Of a stretch of 64,000 nt of DNA, positions 1 through 14,002 are shown one piece after another. Below the pieces are notes generated by a model, which did no database searches, was not told the DNA's origin, and was given only the letters and a program-made list of their open reading frames with translations. Location of the stretch: assembly GCA_000004695.1 (NCBI GenBank), contig CM000151.3, positions 5,664,001 through 5,728,000 of the forward strand. The letters run 5' to 3'. The first letter of the stretch is position 1, and each line of letters begins with the position of its first letter. The position numbers were made by a program, and so were the translations under genes. Source of the stretch: Dictyostelium discoideum. Taxonomy: Eukaryota.

Positions 1-25
1 TATTTTTATATTTTATATTTTTTAT

Positions 26-62
<37 letters not shown>

Positions 63-856
63 TTTTGAAATTCAACGCAAAATATTTATAAACCTTTTTT
101 TTAATTATTTTATTTTAGTTAATCTTTTTTTTTTTTTTTTTATAATTATAAAGAGAGAAAAAAAAAAAAAAAAAAAGAAAAATAAAAGGAATTAAATTAA
201 TTTAATTTTAATTTTTTTTTTTTTTTTTATTTTTTGACCCGTCAAAGATTTTTTTTCTTTTGTTTTTTTTCTATTTTTCCAAACCACTTTAATTTGTTGA
301 ATTAGTTGATAAAAAAAATTGAACAAAAGAATTATTTGAATATTTTTTGAATGGTTAAAGTATATTAATATTATTATTTTATATTGAATAATTCAAAAAA
401 AGAAAAGAAAAAAATTAAAAAAAAAATTAAAAAAAAAAATTAAAAAAAAGAAAAAAATTAAAAAAAACTGAAAAAAAAAAAAACTGAAAAAAAAAAATAT
501 CTTTTTTTTGGGATCGAGTTTTATCGACAATAGTTCGATCACGGCGACCAGTGATTGACTATGAAAAAAAAAAAAAAAAAGCTAATAATTATTTTTGAAC
601 TTTAAAAAAAGAAAATAAGATATTTAATAATATATTATAAAACATAAGTCCCAAATTTTAACTTTTTTTTTTTTTTTTTTTTGATTATTTGATTTATTTT
701 ATTAATCCTTTATATAATTTGAATATTGTTTTTTGAAAAAATTTCGAACATTTTTCGGAAAAAAAAAAAAAAAAAAAAAAAGATTCATATTAATTCGAAG
801 AATGAATAAATAAATAAAATTGGTGTTTTAGACTATTTTTAAATTGATGTGGATTC

Positions 857-887
<31 letters not shown>

Positions 888-1839
888 AATTTACATTTAT
901 AAATAGAAAATTTATTTTCTAAAAAAAAAAAAAAAAAAGAATGACTTGGTGTCTATAAATGCAAATTTATAAAACCTTCGTAACCTAACTATAACCATTA
1001 AGGAAATTTTTATAAATTAAATTGGATATTCTGATCCAATTATTTTTTTTATTTTACTAAAATCAATTTACATTTTTATAATAGGATTAAAATAAATAAA
1101 ATTTTCCTTTTTTTTTTTTTGGAAAAAAAATACAAGAACAATAAAAAACTCAATCAAATTAATTTCGAGCACTAATAAATTTATTTTTTTAATAAAACTT
1201 TTAGTATTTCTTTATTTAATAGAAATTAATAATTTGGAAAAAATCATTTCATTTTTTTTTTTTTTTTTGTTTTTTATGGAAAAAAGATAATAATAATTAA
1301 CTTAATGCCACAATTTGAATTTGTTGTGATATTTTGTTAAAATAAAAAAAAAAAAATTAAAATTTTGCTGTTTTGGATTAATTTTTTTTTTTTTTTTTAT
1401 TTTAATAAAATACCACAATTTAAAACACACTATTAAATATTTATTTTTAACTTTATTTTGTAGAAACAGGTTTTAATTTTTTAAAACATAGGCATAAAAG
1501 CAAAATTTTTTTTTTTGCCATTTAAAAATTCTCACATTTAACAAAATCCTACATTTTTGAATTTGTTGTGTTAATATTAAAATTTTTTTTTTAATTTTTT
1601 TTTTTTTATTTTTTTTTTTTTTTTCATTTTTTTTTTTTCATTTTTTTTTTTTTTTTTCATTTTTTTTTTTAATTAAATACCCAAGAGAGAACTTAACCTT
1701 TTCATATTTCCTACTTTTTTTTTTTTCTTTCAAAATTGTAGTTAATATTTTGTTTATAAATTTAATAAAAATAAATAAAATAAATAATAATAAAAAAAAA
1801 AAAAAGAAAATATAAAAAAAATTAAATTGTTTCATTTAA

Positions 1840-4800
1840 ATGAATGATTCAAATAGCAGCAATGATAGTTGCAACACCGAAAATAATACCTTGACAGCCA
1901 CTAAAAATAGCATCAACAACACAACTACAACCACAACCACACCTAATAACAATGTTAATTGTTTAAAAACCAGTGGTAGTATTAAACTATCAGCTTCATC
2001 AGTACCATTTATACCAGGCTCATCAGCATCATTGCCATCTATTTTATCAAATCAATATAAATTAGCGGCATCCAATAATGTATCAAATAATATTATGATG
2101 ATTTCCACACCAATCATTTCTTCAGCACAACAACAACAACAACAAGTACCACCACCACAACAAACTACAACAACAACAACAGCAACAGCAACAGCAATAA
2201 CGCCAACACCTATTACAACATCACAATCAACATCATCCTCAATGTTAAATTTACCATTAAAAGTTGGTAAAGAATCTATTGAAACATTGTTTAGGAATAG
2301 ATTTCATCCAAAAAATAATATTAGAGAAACTGTTTTATCATCATTACAAAGTATATTAATACCTGATCTATCGGATACTATTAATAATACAAAAGAGAAT
2401 ATCGAATATTTTTATAATATGATCATTGATGAAAATAATTATATTCTAAAGTTATTATTATTAAATATAATAAATGATACAAAAAGAAATTTAGTAGTTT
2501 ATAATTATAATCAACAACATCAATTACCAATTCAAAATACATCATCACCAAATACTCCATCATCAACAACAACAACAACAACTACATCAACTAAACCATC
2601 TAAAAGAGGAGATAAAGAAAGAGAAAGAGGTAGAAGAAATAAAGATAAGATTAATGAAAAACAATTACAACAACAGCAATTACAACAATTACAATTACAA
2701 CAACAATTAGATCATGAAGGTTCTTCACTTTATTTACCATTTTCAAGTTTATTATCTTTTATTAAACCTGATAAACAACAACAACCACAACAATCACAAC
2801 AATCACAATTAAATGAAATTGATCAAATGGTTAGACCAAAATCATTACCAAAAGATGATAATGATAGTGATAATTTTAATATTAGAGTTTTGGAGTATAA
2901 TTTAAAGTTATTGATAAAGATTTATTTCAAGGTATCAATGTACCAAGATTCAATTAAAACTCATATCTTTGATTTATATATACAAATTAATCAAGCAATC
3001 TCTGAACAACAAAGACAATTACAAGAGAAAGAGAAAGAGAGTAAAACTTCAAAACCAATACCACAACCAATCATTTCATTGGTAATTCCAACGGTATTGG
3101 TATCGATTGGTGATATCATAAAATATAAATATGCAACACCTTCACCACCAAATCTAACACCAACAACAACTACTAAAATGGAGGAAGAGGAAAGAATCAT
3201 TAATACTATATTAATTAATGAATTTAAAAAAACTGATGTTTCAATCATTGAGTCAAATTTATACCTTTTCGAATGTATTTTATCAATTAGTGTTAGTAAT
3301 GAACCAACAATTGTAGTACCAAATACAACAACTGCAACAACTGCAACAACTGCAACAACATCAAATACTTCTACAGCAGCAGCTGCAACAACGACAACAC
3401 CAACACTATCAACATCTTCTTCATCATTATCACCACCAGCATCAACACAATCATCATTATCATTATCATCATCATCATCAGCAGTGATAGCACCAACAAC
3501 AGTAGGTTATATTTTCAAATTTAATAAAGAATTATTTAGAAAGTTAATAGCATTAGTTTATTCTACAGTAGTTCAACATCAAATAACCTTATCTACTGTA
3601 TTTACAACATTGGTTTTAAAAGGTTATTTAAATGAGGATCAAATTCAAAAATTATTAAATATTACATTATTTAAGTAAGTAATTTTAAATATAATCATTA
3701 AAGATATAATGATAGAATAAAGAATATATATATTAATACATTTACATTTTAATATATAGATTATCAGATCCAAGTGAACAAGTTAAATTAAGTTATTTAA
3801 CATTATTAAGTAAGATGGTATCATATTTCGATTTAAACCATCAAAAGAATTTAAATCATAAAGTTAATGACATATCATTACCTTATAAACTATTGATAAT
3901 GGGATCAACAAGTCAACCATTTTTTAATGGTCAAATTTTTAAAAAGATATTTGATTGGATCATGGGAATTGGTAAAGATCAACCATCTTTTGATTCTTTA
4001 ACAAAGTATCTAATCGATTTATTCGATAGTTTTAATGTAATCTCAATATTATTCAATGAACAAAATAAAATATTATCACAACAATATTTAGCTGCTCAAT
4101 CAACTATGATAACTCCACCATTAAGTTTACATCAAATTGATGATAGAAGTATGTAAAAACTATAACAATTTTTATTATTATTATCATCATCACCATTATT
4201 ATTAATTAATTAATACTAATCATTTATTATTATTTATTATTTATTATTATTATCATCATCCCCTAGGAAAATTTGAAACATTAATATCAAAATCTGATGA
4301 ATTAATTTGGTTTTGGACAGTTTGGGAATGTAGTAAATTTTGTATTGCCAATAGATTGAAATCACCATATGGTAGTGCATTTCAAACGTTTGAAATCTTT
4401 GAAAAGTTATTATTACAATTGAATAAGGATAGAAGGGATTTTAAAAAGATAAAGATTTTATTACATTTTATGGAATCTATGGAGAAATTAATTTTCTCCA
4501 CTGTTAATGGATCGGTTCTAGTACAATCATTAAACAATAAGGAGACTCAATTCTTTAGACATAACGTTAGAGTTTGTGAAGATTGGTTCTCTAGAATTCG
4601 AGTAAATCTATTGAAAGCTAGTATTCTATCAAGTTCAACACCAGATATCATTAGACATGCTTCACTTAGAGTTCAAGATATTCAAGCTAATAGATTCGTT
4701 CTAGATTCAAATACAGCTCATTTTGAATTGGAATTTTGTATATTACATTTAGCAAATGCCCTACAACAATTAAATGAAACTGAATCATTACAAGGTTTAT

Positions 4801-4849
4801 CAAATTGGTCTGATATAAATTTAAATAATAGTGATAATAATAATAATAA

Positions 4850-4880
<31 letters not shown>

Positions 4881-5419
4881 TCAACATTCTTTAATAATGG
4901 TAATATTAATAAATATACATTAAAATTACCATGGATGAAAGGTGTTATATTAAGAAGTAAACAAAAGTTTGAAGAATCAATTAGTTCATTATTGAGTGTA
5001 CCACCAATGTTGGAATCAAATTCAATATCATTTCCATTCGTATTGGAACAAATTATTAAATCTTATTTAGATATTTCAAATTTTACAGAGGTTGAACAAT
5101 TTTTACAAAATTATCAAAATCAAATTCAACAACAATCAAATTCTTTAATAATCTATAAAGATACATTCATTAAAACTTTGGGTTCATTCTATCGTGGTGA
5201 AATGGAAGAAGCTCATGCTTTTGCAAAGAGAACTGAATCTCAAAATCATATATTACAAAGAGAACAATTAGGTTTAGGTTTATTAGGTAATCAAATTATG
5301 ACTGATGAATTATTATTATCAATTATGGTTAATCAAAAAGATTTATTTAATAATACAAATATTATTAATAATAATAATAGTGGTGGCAGTAGTAGTGGTA
5401 CAGCAACAGCAACAGCAGT

Positions 5420-5475
<56 letters not shown>

Positions 5476-8400
5476 ATACAAATAATGATATTATTGGATT
5501 TAGTAATAATATTAATAGTATGTTAAAACTAACAAAGAATAATATATTAAAAGCATTAAATTATTTAGGATTAGAATCAAATGTTCAAACATTTCAATAT
5601 TTAACACAATTGAAAATTATGGATGAAATTGAAAATGGTGTTTATAATAGTAGAGTGGTACCAATTAATAATCAAATTGGATTCTTGGAGAGATTAAGAA
5701 GAGTTAGAGGTCATATTTCAAATACTAAACAACGTTCTGATATTCTTCTAAGTAATATACCATTGACTGAAAAAATGATTAAACTATCAAGAAAATTTGA
5801 AAATTATAAATTTAGTTCAAAATTATTAGATACAATTTTAGAATCTCATTCATCTTCCTATTATTTAGAACGTTGTAAATTAAAATATTTAAATGGTAAA
5901 CAAACTGAAGCAACTTTAGATTTAATTAAATATGCACATCGTGATATAACAATACCATCATCATCGACAACAACAACGACAACGACGACAACAACAACAC
6001 CACCATCAACATCATCAAATACTGCTACAACAACAAATAATATAAATATTGATGAATTATCAACACAAAAATTTAAAGTTTATACAGAAATTATTAAATA
6101 TTTAAATTCAAATCCATCAATTATTACAGAATTATCATCATCAAACTATTCTATACCTCAAGAACAATTAAATCCAGAATATTATTTTAAGAAAGCAACT
6201 TTAACTAAACCTGAGAATTCAAAATTATGGATAACCTATGCTGATTGGATTTTAAATGAAAAAAGTAATATATCTGAACAAAATGATGAAGAATCATTAA
6301 ATGGTGGTGGTAGTGGTGGTAATGAAAATTCATCAAATGAAATGTTAAGACTTAAAAATACAAATACTAATGAACTAAAAACAGCAGTTGAAGCATATTT
6401 CCAATTTTTAAAGTATAGTATGTTGGATGGTAATAGTAATGGTGGTTTAAATATTAGGGCAACACTTAAAATATTGAATATTTTAGTTTGTTCAGGTAAT
6501 AAATTGGTTGAAACATTTGAAAGATGTCTAAATGAATTAACTTCAACTCGTCCTTTCACAATTATTATACCACAATTATTTGCAAGATTAAGTCATCCCG
6601 ATACATTTGTTCAAAAATATGTTGTTGAAATTTTAAATAGAATTGGTAGAGATAATCCAAATAAAATAGTTTATCAAACTATTGTTGGTTCTTTAAATTT
6701 TACAAATACAAATAATAATAATAATAGTTCTTGTGCTGCTGCCACTACTGATGATGGTTTAGATATTGAATTATTACAAAAACAATATCCAAATTATTTA
6801 CAAATTTTAAATATTAAAGAGAATCTATTAAAACATTCAGAATTATTAGTAAAAGAGACAGAGACACTCATTTATCAATTAGGTAAACTTACAACATTGT
6901 GGGATGATAATTGGCAATATTTCATTGAACAAATTCAAGGTTGGGTCTATATTAATACTAAACAATGGAATGATGACTATCAACAATTGAAAGCCACAAT
7001 AAAGAATCCAACCATACTAAAACATACTCTAAAGAAAAAGAATCAGGAATTACTTCAACCAATTTATGAAAAGTTAAAACGTTTAACTGCTGCCACCGTT
7101 TTATCAGTTTGTAAAACTCCACATGAAAAATGGTTTACCAAATGTCATTTCGAAACTATAAACAAAACAATACGTGCATTTGAAAAACAAAATAAACCAA
7201 CCTCTCCATTCGATGTACTTCATGATTTAATAGCTGAATTTCAACAATATCGTTTAATTTCTTTAAGTTTATCATCAGTTAATCCATCATTAGCTTTATT
7301 TAGACCAACTATAACTCAAATGCCTGGTACTGATTTAAATTATTTTAATATTAATCATATTCATCATCATCATCATCATCATAACCATCATGGTAATAAT
7401 AATAATCAACATTCAACATCAAGTGGTAATTTACCAATTCAAAATCAAGTTACAATTCAATTAATTAAACCAACCATTTATTTATTACCAACAAAAACTA
7501 AGCCAAAGAAAATGGCAATGCTTGGTAGTGATGGTAATCTTTATTATTATCTTTTGAAAGGTCGTGAAGATTTACATTTGGATGAAAGAATTATGCAATT
7601 ATTAAATGTTGTCGATCAATTATTAATGAATGATAAAAAACCAACTTTAAAACTATTGAGAACTAGAAATTATTCAGTTATACCTCTATCTCAAAGTTCT
7701 GGTTTAATTCAATGGGTTGAAGGTGCTGTACCATTATTTTCAATTTATAAAAATTGGTATAAAAATGATCAAGTTTATAAACAACAACAACAGCAACAAC
7801 AACAATTACAACAGCAACAACAGCAACAACAACAACAACAACAACAACAACCACAACCACAACAACAACCACAACAACAACCACAACAACAACCACAACA
7901 ACAACCACAACCACAACAAAACTCAACTACAACTTCAAATATAGTAAATAAACCAATTATAGCTAGACCAGTTGATATATTCTATGCAAAGATTACACCA
8001 TTATTAGAAAAGGCTGGATTAAATTTCATGACACCAAGATCAGAATGGCCAAAAGAAATATTAATTCAAGTACTCAATGAACTAATGCAAGAAACTCCAA
8101 AATGGATTCTACAAAGGGAGTTATGGTTTTCAAGTAGCTCTTCATCAGAGTTATTCTTAAAAACTCAAAGTTATAGTAGATCTTTAGCATTGATGTCAGT
8201 GATTGGTTATATGATAGGTTTAGGTGATAGACATTTAGATAATATTTTATTAGATTTGAAAACTGGTGAAATCGTTCATATCGATTATAATATTTGTTTT
8301 GAAAAAGGTGCTGAATTGAAAATACCAGAGAGAGTACCATTTAGAATGACCCAAATCTTTGAATATGCCTTAGGTTTAACTGGTGTTCAAGGAACTTTTA

Positions 8401-8707
8401 GAGAAACAAGTATACAAATTATGCATTTGTTACGTAAAAATAAAGATATCCTATTAAATTTATTGGAAACTTTTATTTATGACCCACTATTTGATTGGAA
8501 ACATTCAAATAAACAAACAAATAATAATAATAATAATAATAATAACAATAATATGAATCAAGCAGCTGGTGAACAAGAATCTATAGAAAAGAAACAATCT
8601 TCAAATAATTCAAGTAATCCTATAATTTCAACACCAACAAAATTACAACAACAACAAAAATTGCCAAATAGCCCATTATCAATTTCTTCAAATAATACCA
8701 ATTCCAC

Positions 8708-8777
<70 letters not shown>

Positions 8778-9077
8778 GATCAAGATAGTGATTCAAGTCA
8801 AAGTCAAGAAGATGAAGATAATAATGTTGTTGAAGGTGAAGGAGGTGAAGGAGGTGAAGGTGATATTGATGAATTGAATTTAGTTCAAGATTCCTCAAAT
8901 GGAAAGGATGCATTTAAGAGTATCCAAGGTTTAACTGTTGTCAACCAAGTGAGACTAAAATTAGAAGGTACAGAAAAGAAACTATCAATTCCAGATCAAA
9001 TTGATCTTATTATAAGAGAATCCATGAATGTTGAAAATCTATCCTCCACTTATGAAGGTTGGTCTCCATGGGTCTAA
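1840..9077 (+). CDS. smg1: SMG1-type PIKK-family serine/threonine kinase. Three exons: 1840..3674, 3760..4148, 4267..9077. Predicted about 2344 aa.
   Basis: Exon 1 ends AA|GTAAGT at 3675, the intron ends tatatAG at 3759, exon 2 ends A|GTATGT at 4149, and the next intron ends cccctAG at 4266. The reading frame is continuous across both junctions. The C-terminal region has the PI3K/PIKK catalytic core: TKPKKMAMLGSDGNLYYYLLKGREDLHLDERIMQLLNVVDQLL, the catalytic loop GDRHLDNILLDLKTGEIVHIDYNICFEKG, and a terminal FATC motif ...NLSSTYEGWSPWV* that resembles the SMG1 FATC (EGWTAWV). A long low-complexity insertion between the kinase domain and FATC is typical of SMG1. The N-terminal 600 aa are Q/T/N-rich. 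Confidence 0.8.
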
Positions 9078-9212
9078 TCAATATTATTAAAACTATAAAT
9101 TAAATAATTAAATAATTAAATAATTTTACTCGTAAAAAAAAAATAAAAAAAAAATAAAAAAAAATAAAAATAAAAGTTACACAAATAAATTTTCAAAATT
9201 TATACAAATATA

Positions 9213-9256
9213 TTTGAATTTCAAAATTTATACAAATATAAATTTTGAAATTCAAA
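9213..9256. terminator. 15-bp perfect inverted repeat with a 14-nt loop, between the convergent 3' ends of the smg1 and RTRAF genes. Two overlapping 22-nt direct repeats lie here as well.
   Basis: The sequence is TTTGAATTTCAAAAT-ttatacaaatataa-ATTTTGAAATTCAAA. The direct repeat tttcaaaatttatacaaatata occurs at 9191..9212 and 9220..9241. It lies 140 to 180 nt past the smg1 stop and 90 nt past the RTRAF stop. Confidence 0.3.
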
Positions 9257-9340
9257 TGTGGGAAGAACTTCTCACTCTTTTTTTTTTTTTTTTTTTTTTT
9301 TTTATTATTTCATATTTATTTTTTTATTTTATTTTTTATA

Positions 9341-10413
<1,073 letters not shown>

Positions 10414-10642
10414 AATTTTATAAAATTGTAAAATAAAAAAAAAAAAAAAAAAAAAAAAAAAGTGAAAAAATAAAAATCCCAAAAAAAAAAAAAAAAGAAA
10501 GAGTGAAGAAATTCTGTTTTCCCAAAATGATCTCAATTATTTTTTTTATGTAAAAAATAAAAAAATACATAAAAAAAATTGGGAAATTAAAAAAAAAAAA
10601 AAAAGTTGGAAATTTTATTAACTTTTAATTGTTTCTGGAAAA

Positions 10643-11653
10643 TTAAATTATTAATTTTAATATAAATAATATTGAAGAAATTAAAATTAAAGAATAAGAT
10701 AAAACATTTGAATTTGATGGTCTATCATCGTCATCAGAATCATCATCATCATTATCATTATCAAAGATTACATATTCAACGTCTTGAGAAATTGACTCAT
10801 CACCAAAAGAAACTGTGAGTGGATATTTTCCAGACTTTGAAACCGATGGATATTTAAATACTAAATTATTTGCATCAATTGATTCGATTTCACATGGAAT
10901 ATTATTGATTTTTAAATTCAATAAATTTGGAAATGATGTTTTAAAAGAACCATTCAAATTTGATTTACCACCTGTAATATTTAATTTTGGAATATTTGTG
11001 ATTGACAATTCCTCAAATAAATAAAATGTAACAGACTCTGATATTTGGCCTCCAACATTCATCATAATTTCAAATTTACCACCTTTATCTAAATAATTTG
11101 TTGGATTAATTGAATCAGTCAATGTAATAGAACCATTAATAGCTTTTGAAGCTTTATAAATTTGACCATTCAATGTAACATTATTCTCTAATTTATAACT
11201 AAAACCTTTACCAATAATTGATAATTCACCACTGCCAGAAATAATTTGGTTATTATTATCTCTTTTCATTTTGAAAGTGTATGAAGAAATAACTGGTTTT
11301 TCATATGTATAATTAAATGTTTGATTATAATTATAATCTAAAAAGTATGCGATAATTGTAAAGTTTTTATCTGATTGGCCTGCTGGTATATCAATTTCCA
11401 ATGTTGAATCTGGTACTAAAACTTTAACTGATGCTCCACCTCCATCAATATTATCTTCCACAATAATAGTTTCGCCAATAACATCGGATCCAAAATCAAC
11501 ACCATTCACTGTTATAACTGATCCATAAGTGTTGGCAATAATATTAAGGCTTTCAACAAAAAATGTTGGGCAATTTTCAAAATCTTCACATTTTGATTCA
11601 ACTAAATTATTTAATAATAAAATCATTAAAATTGAAACTAATAATTTTATCAT
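10643..11653 (-). CDS. Small secreted or GPI-anchored cell-surface protein with three IPT/TIG-like repeats. Single exon, 336 aa.
   Basis: It has an N-terminal signal peptide (MIKLLVSILMILLLNNLVESK), repeated IPT-like segments (SVITVNGVDFGSD; ELSIIGKGFSY; KLNITGGKSNLNGSF; PLTVSFGDESIS), many N-glycosylation sequons, an acidic DDDDSDDDD stretch, and a C-terminal hydrophobic tail (LSYSLILISSILFILKLII) consistent with a GPI signal. Confidence 0.55.
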   Translation of the reverse strand: MIKLLVSILMILLLNNLVESKCEDFENCPTFFVESLNIIANTYGSVITVNGVDFGSDVIGETIIVEDNIDGGGASVKVLVPDSTLEIDIPAGQSDKNFTIIAYFLDYNYNQTFNYTYEKPVISSYTFKMKRDNNNQIISGSGELSIIGKGFSYKLENNVTLNGQIYKASKAINGSITLTDSINPTNYLDKGGKFEIMMNVGGQISESVTFYLFEELSITNIPKLNITGGKSNLNGSFKTSFPNLLNLKINNIPCEIESIDANNLVFKYPSVSKSGKYPLTVSFGDESISQDVEYVIFDNDNDDDDSDDDDRPSNSNVLSYSLILISSILFILKLII

Positions 11654-11667
11654 TTTTTTTTTATAAT

Positions 11668-11716
11668 TATTTATTTATTTTATTTATTTAGTTATTTATT
11701 TAGTTATTTATTTATT

Positions 11717-11747
<31 letters not shown>

Positions 11748-11772
11748 TCTATTTATTTATTTATTTGTTTAC

Positions 11773-11855
<83 letters not shown>

Positions 11856-11860
11856 TTAAT
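11668..11860. repeat. (TTTA)n / (ATTT)n microsatellite of about 190 bp in a divergent intergenic region.
   Basis: It is a direct read of tttatttatttattt... with occasional single-base variants (ttatctattt, ttgtttactt). Confidence 0.95.
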
Positions 11861-13219
11861 TTGTATATTAATTTTTTTTTTGTTTATTTTTTAAAATGTG
11901 TAATTGTTTCTAATTTAATTTTTATTATTTTTTAATTTTATTTTATTTCTTATATCTCTATTTCAAAACTATTTTGTTTTTTTTTTTAAAAAAAAAATAT
12001 TTAATGCGCTTTATATTTATTATGTTTATTAAATTTAAAGTTTTATTGTATGTGTGTATTAATAAGTGATGAAGTAAATTTTTAAAGTGTCAATGGTGAA
12101 ATAAACGAAAAAAATTAGTAAAAAGAAAAAAAAAAAAAAATGCACACACAAGTTGTTTACGAGATATTTATTTTTAGAGGGTTTTATTGATTGTCCAGAC
12201 TAATTAATTATTGATTGTAATCATGGCATTATAAGAAAAATCACTCATCATCTTTAACTGACAACCCAAATTGCCCTCGTTTTTTCAAAAAAATCCTCAA
12301 ATCTGGTGAATATTAATAAAAAAAAAATAAAAATAAAAATAAAAAAAAATTTTAAAAAAAAAAAAACCTATGCCAGATTATTGGTTTCGCTGTTGTAACC
12401 GACAAAAGTCATATGAATTTTTTTTTTTTTTATTAATATGTGAATGCCTGATTAATTGGCTCATAAGGTTTTTTTAATAAAACAATTCATAGAATATATT
12501 TATAAAATTCTAATCAACACTCCAAATTTTTTTTTTGTGTATTTCTGGCGAATCAATTTTCTTCTTTTTAAAAAAAAAAAAAAAAAAAAATCACAATTTT
12601 AAAGATATTGATATTTAAATATGAAGTTGATAGGTTGCAAACTGTGGCGAATCAATTTTCTTTTTAAAAAAAAAAAAAATTAAAAGAAAAAAAAAAAAAA
12701 AAATTTAAATTAATAAACCAATGAAAATAAATTCGAAACCTTTCAAACAATAATAACTTTTATATTTTACTCTATTCCAATTAAGTTTACAAGTTTATTG
12801 AGAAGTTTTTTTTTTATTTTTATTGTTCAGCACTAGAATAATAAAATTTAAAGAGGTTTTCCTTTTTTTTTTTTTTTTTTTTTTTTTCCTTTTCTTTTTT
12901 TTTTCTTTTTAGACGAATAAATTTGAATTAGGACCTAAAAAATATTTAATATTAATAGTATATTCTAAAAATGATATAGTTTTTATTTTTATTATTATTA
13001 TGATAATTACCAAAATAAGCCATAACTAAGCCCATTAAACTTAGTGATACTGGTGATAAAATTGTTCTAACGCTAGAATCTTTTGATTTTAAATTTGAAA
13101 GATATGCAACGCAACATACTGCACTAACCCATAAACAAATTTTATACTAATAAAATGAAATTATGATAAATTGAATATTAATACCTTGTCAATACTCATA
13201 TATTAACAATTATTTTTAC

Positions 13220-13220
<1 letters not shown>

Positions 13221-13316
<96 letters not shown>
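13221..13316. repeat. (ATT)n microsatellite, about 32 units.
   Basis: It is a perfect attattatt... run. Confidence 0.95.
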
Positions 13317-13365
13317 TTATTGTTATTTCTATTTTATTTATTTTATGTTAATTATTATTTATTTA

Positions 13366-13529
13366 TTTTTGGTGAGATATGCTTGTACAAACTTTTAACA
13401 TAATTCCTAAAAATCCAAATATAATTGAAAATAATGAATATAATTCGAGTTCACCTTCTTTTGGTTCGGTTGAAGCTCTCATTTCAAAACGTTCTACAAT
13501 TAATGACTCTTTTCTTGGGTCTGACATTT
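13366..13529 (-). CDS. Candidate small tail-anchored membrane protein ORF of 54 aa. Speculative.
   Basis: The minus strand reads AAAATGTCAGACCC..., giving MSDPRKESLIVERFEMRASTEPKEGELELYSLFSIIFGFLGIMLKVCTSISHQK*. It has an A-rich Kozak-like context and one predicted TM helix. It overlaps a plus-strand track ORF that runs into poly(A). It is below the 60-aa track cut-off and I found no recognisable homologue. Confidence 0.2.
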
Positions 13530-13760
13530 TATTTATGTTTTTTTATTTATTTATTAAAAAAAAAAAAAATAAAAAAAAAATAAAAAAAAAAAATGAAAAA
13601 TTTTGTTGAGTTCCAAAAAATAAAAAAATAAAAAAAATAAAAAAAAATAAAAAAATAAAAAAAAAATAGTTAATATAACAATTAAATAAAATAAAATAAA
13701 AAATATCTATTTAATTTTAATAAATAAATTAATTAATTAAAAAAGTAACAAAAAAAGTAA

Positions 13761-13795
<35 letters not shown>

Positions 13796-14002
13796 AAAAT
13801 AATTGTTGAAGCACCATCATTAAAATTTGAAAAAAAAAAAAAATAAAAAAAAAAAAAAAAATAAAAAATTTTTTTTAATTTTAAAATTAATTAAACAAAA
13901 CACAAAAGAATAGATAATCAAATAGATAAAAAATTTAGTGATAGATAAATAAATAAATAATACTTTAATTAATTAATAACAAAATTAATTCAACAAGTAC
14001 CA

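Noticed and set aside
1638-1835. Track ORF (65 aa, minus strand) made of F/K/L homopolymer codons.
   Set aside because: It is a translation of poly(A)/poly(T) intergenic DNA just upstream of smg1. It has no protein-like composition.
2991-3248. Antisense track ORFs inside genes. Examples are 2991..3248, 4687..4887, 6236..6559, 7678..7944, 8074..8340, 8707..8913, 18603..19040, 20088..20276, 35020..35262, 38551..38806, 39298..39627, 47837..48112, 48371..48637, 48917..50398 and 63275..63757.
   Set aside because: They lie opposite or out of frame to much longer, homology-supported CDSs. They consist of poly-I/L/Y/V/H/N runs that are simply the antisense reading of (AAT)n/(CAA)n coding microsatellites.
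13379-13609. Plus-strand track ORF MLVQTFNIIPKNPNIIENNEYNSSSPSFGS...
   Set aside because: It runs into a poly(A)-encoded KKKKNKKK tail. It overlaps the more protein-like minus-strand small ORF.
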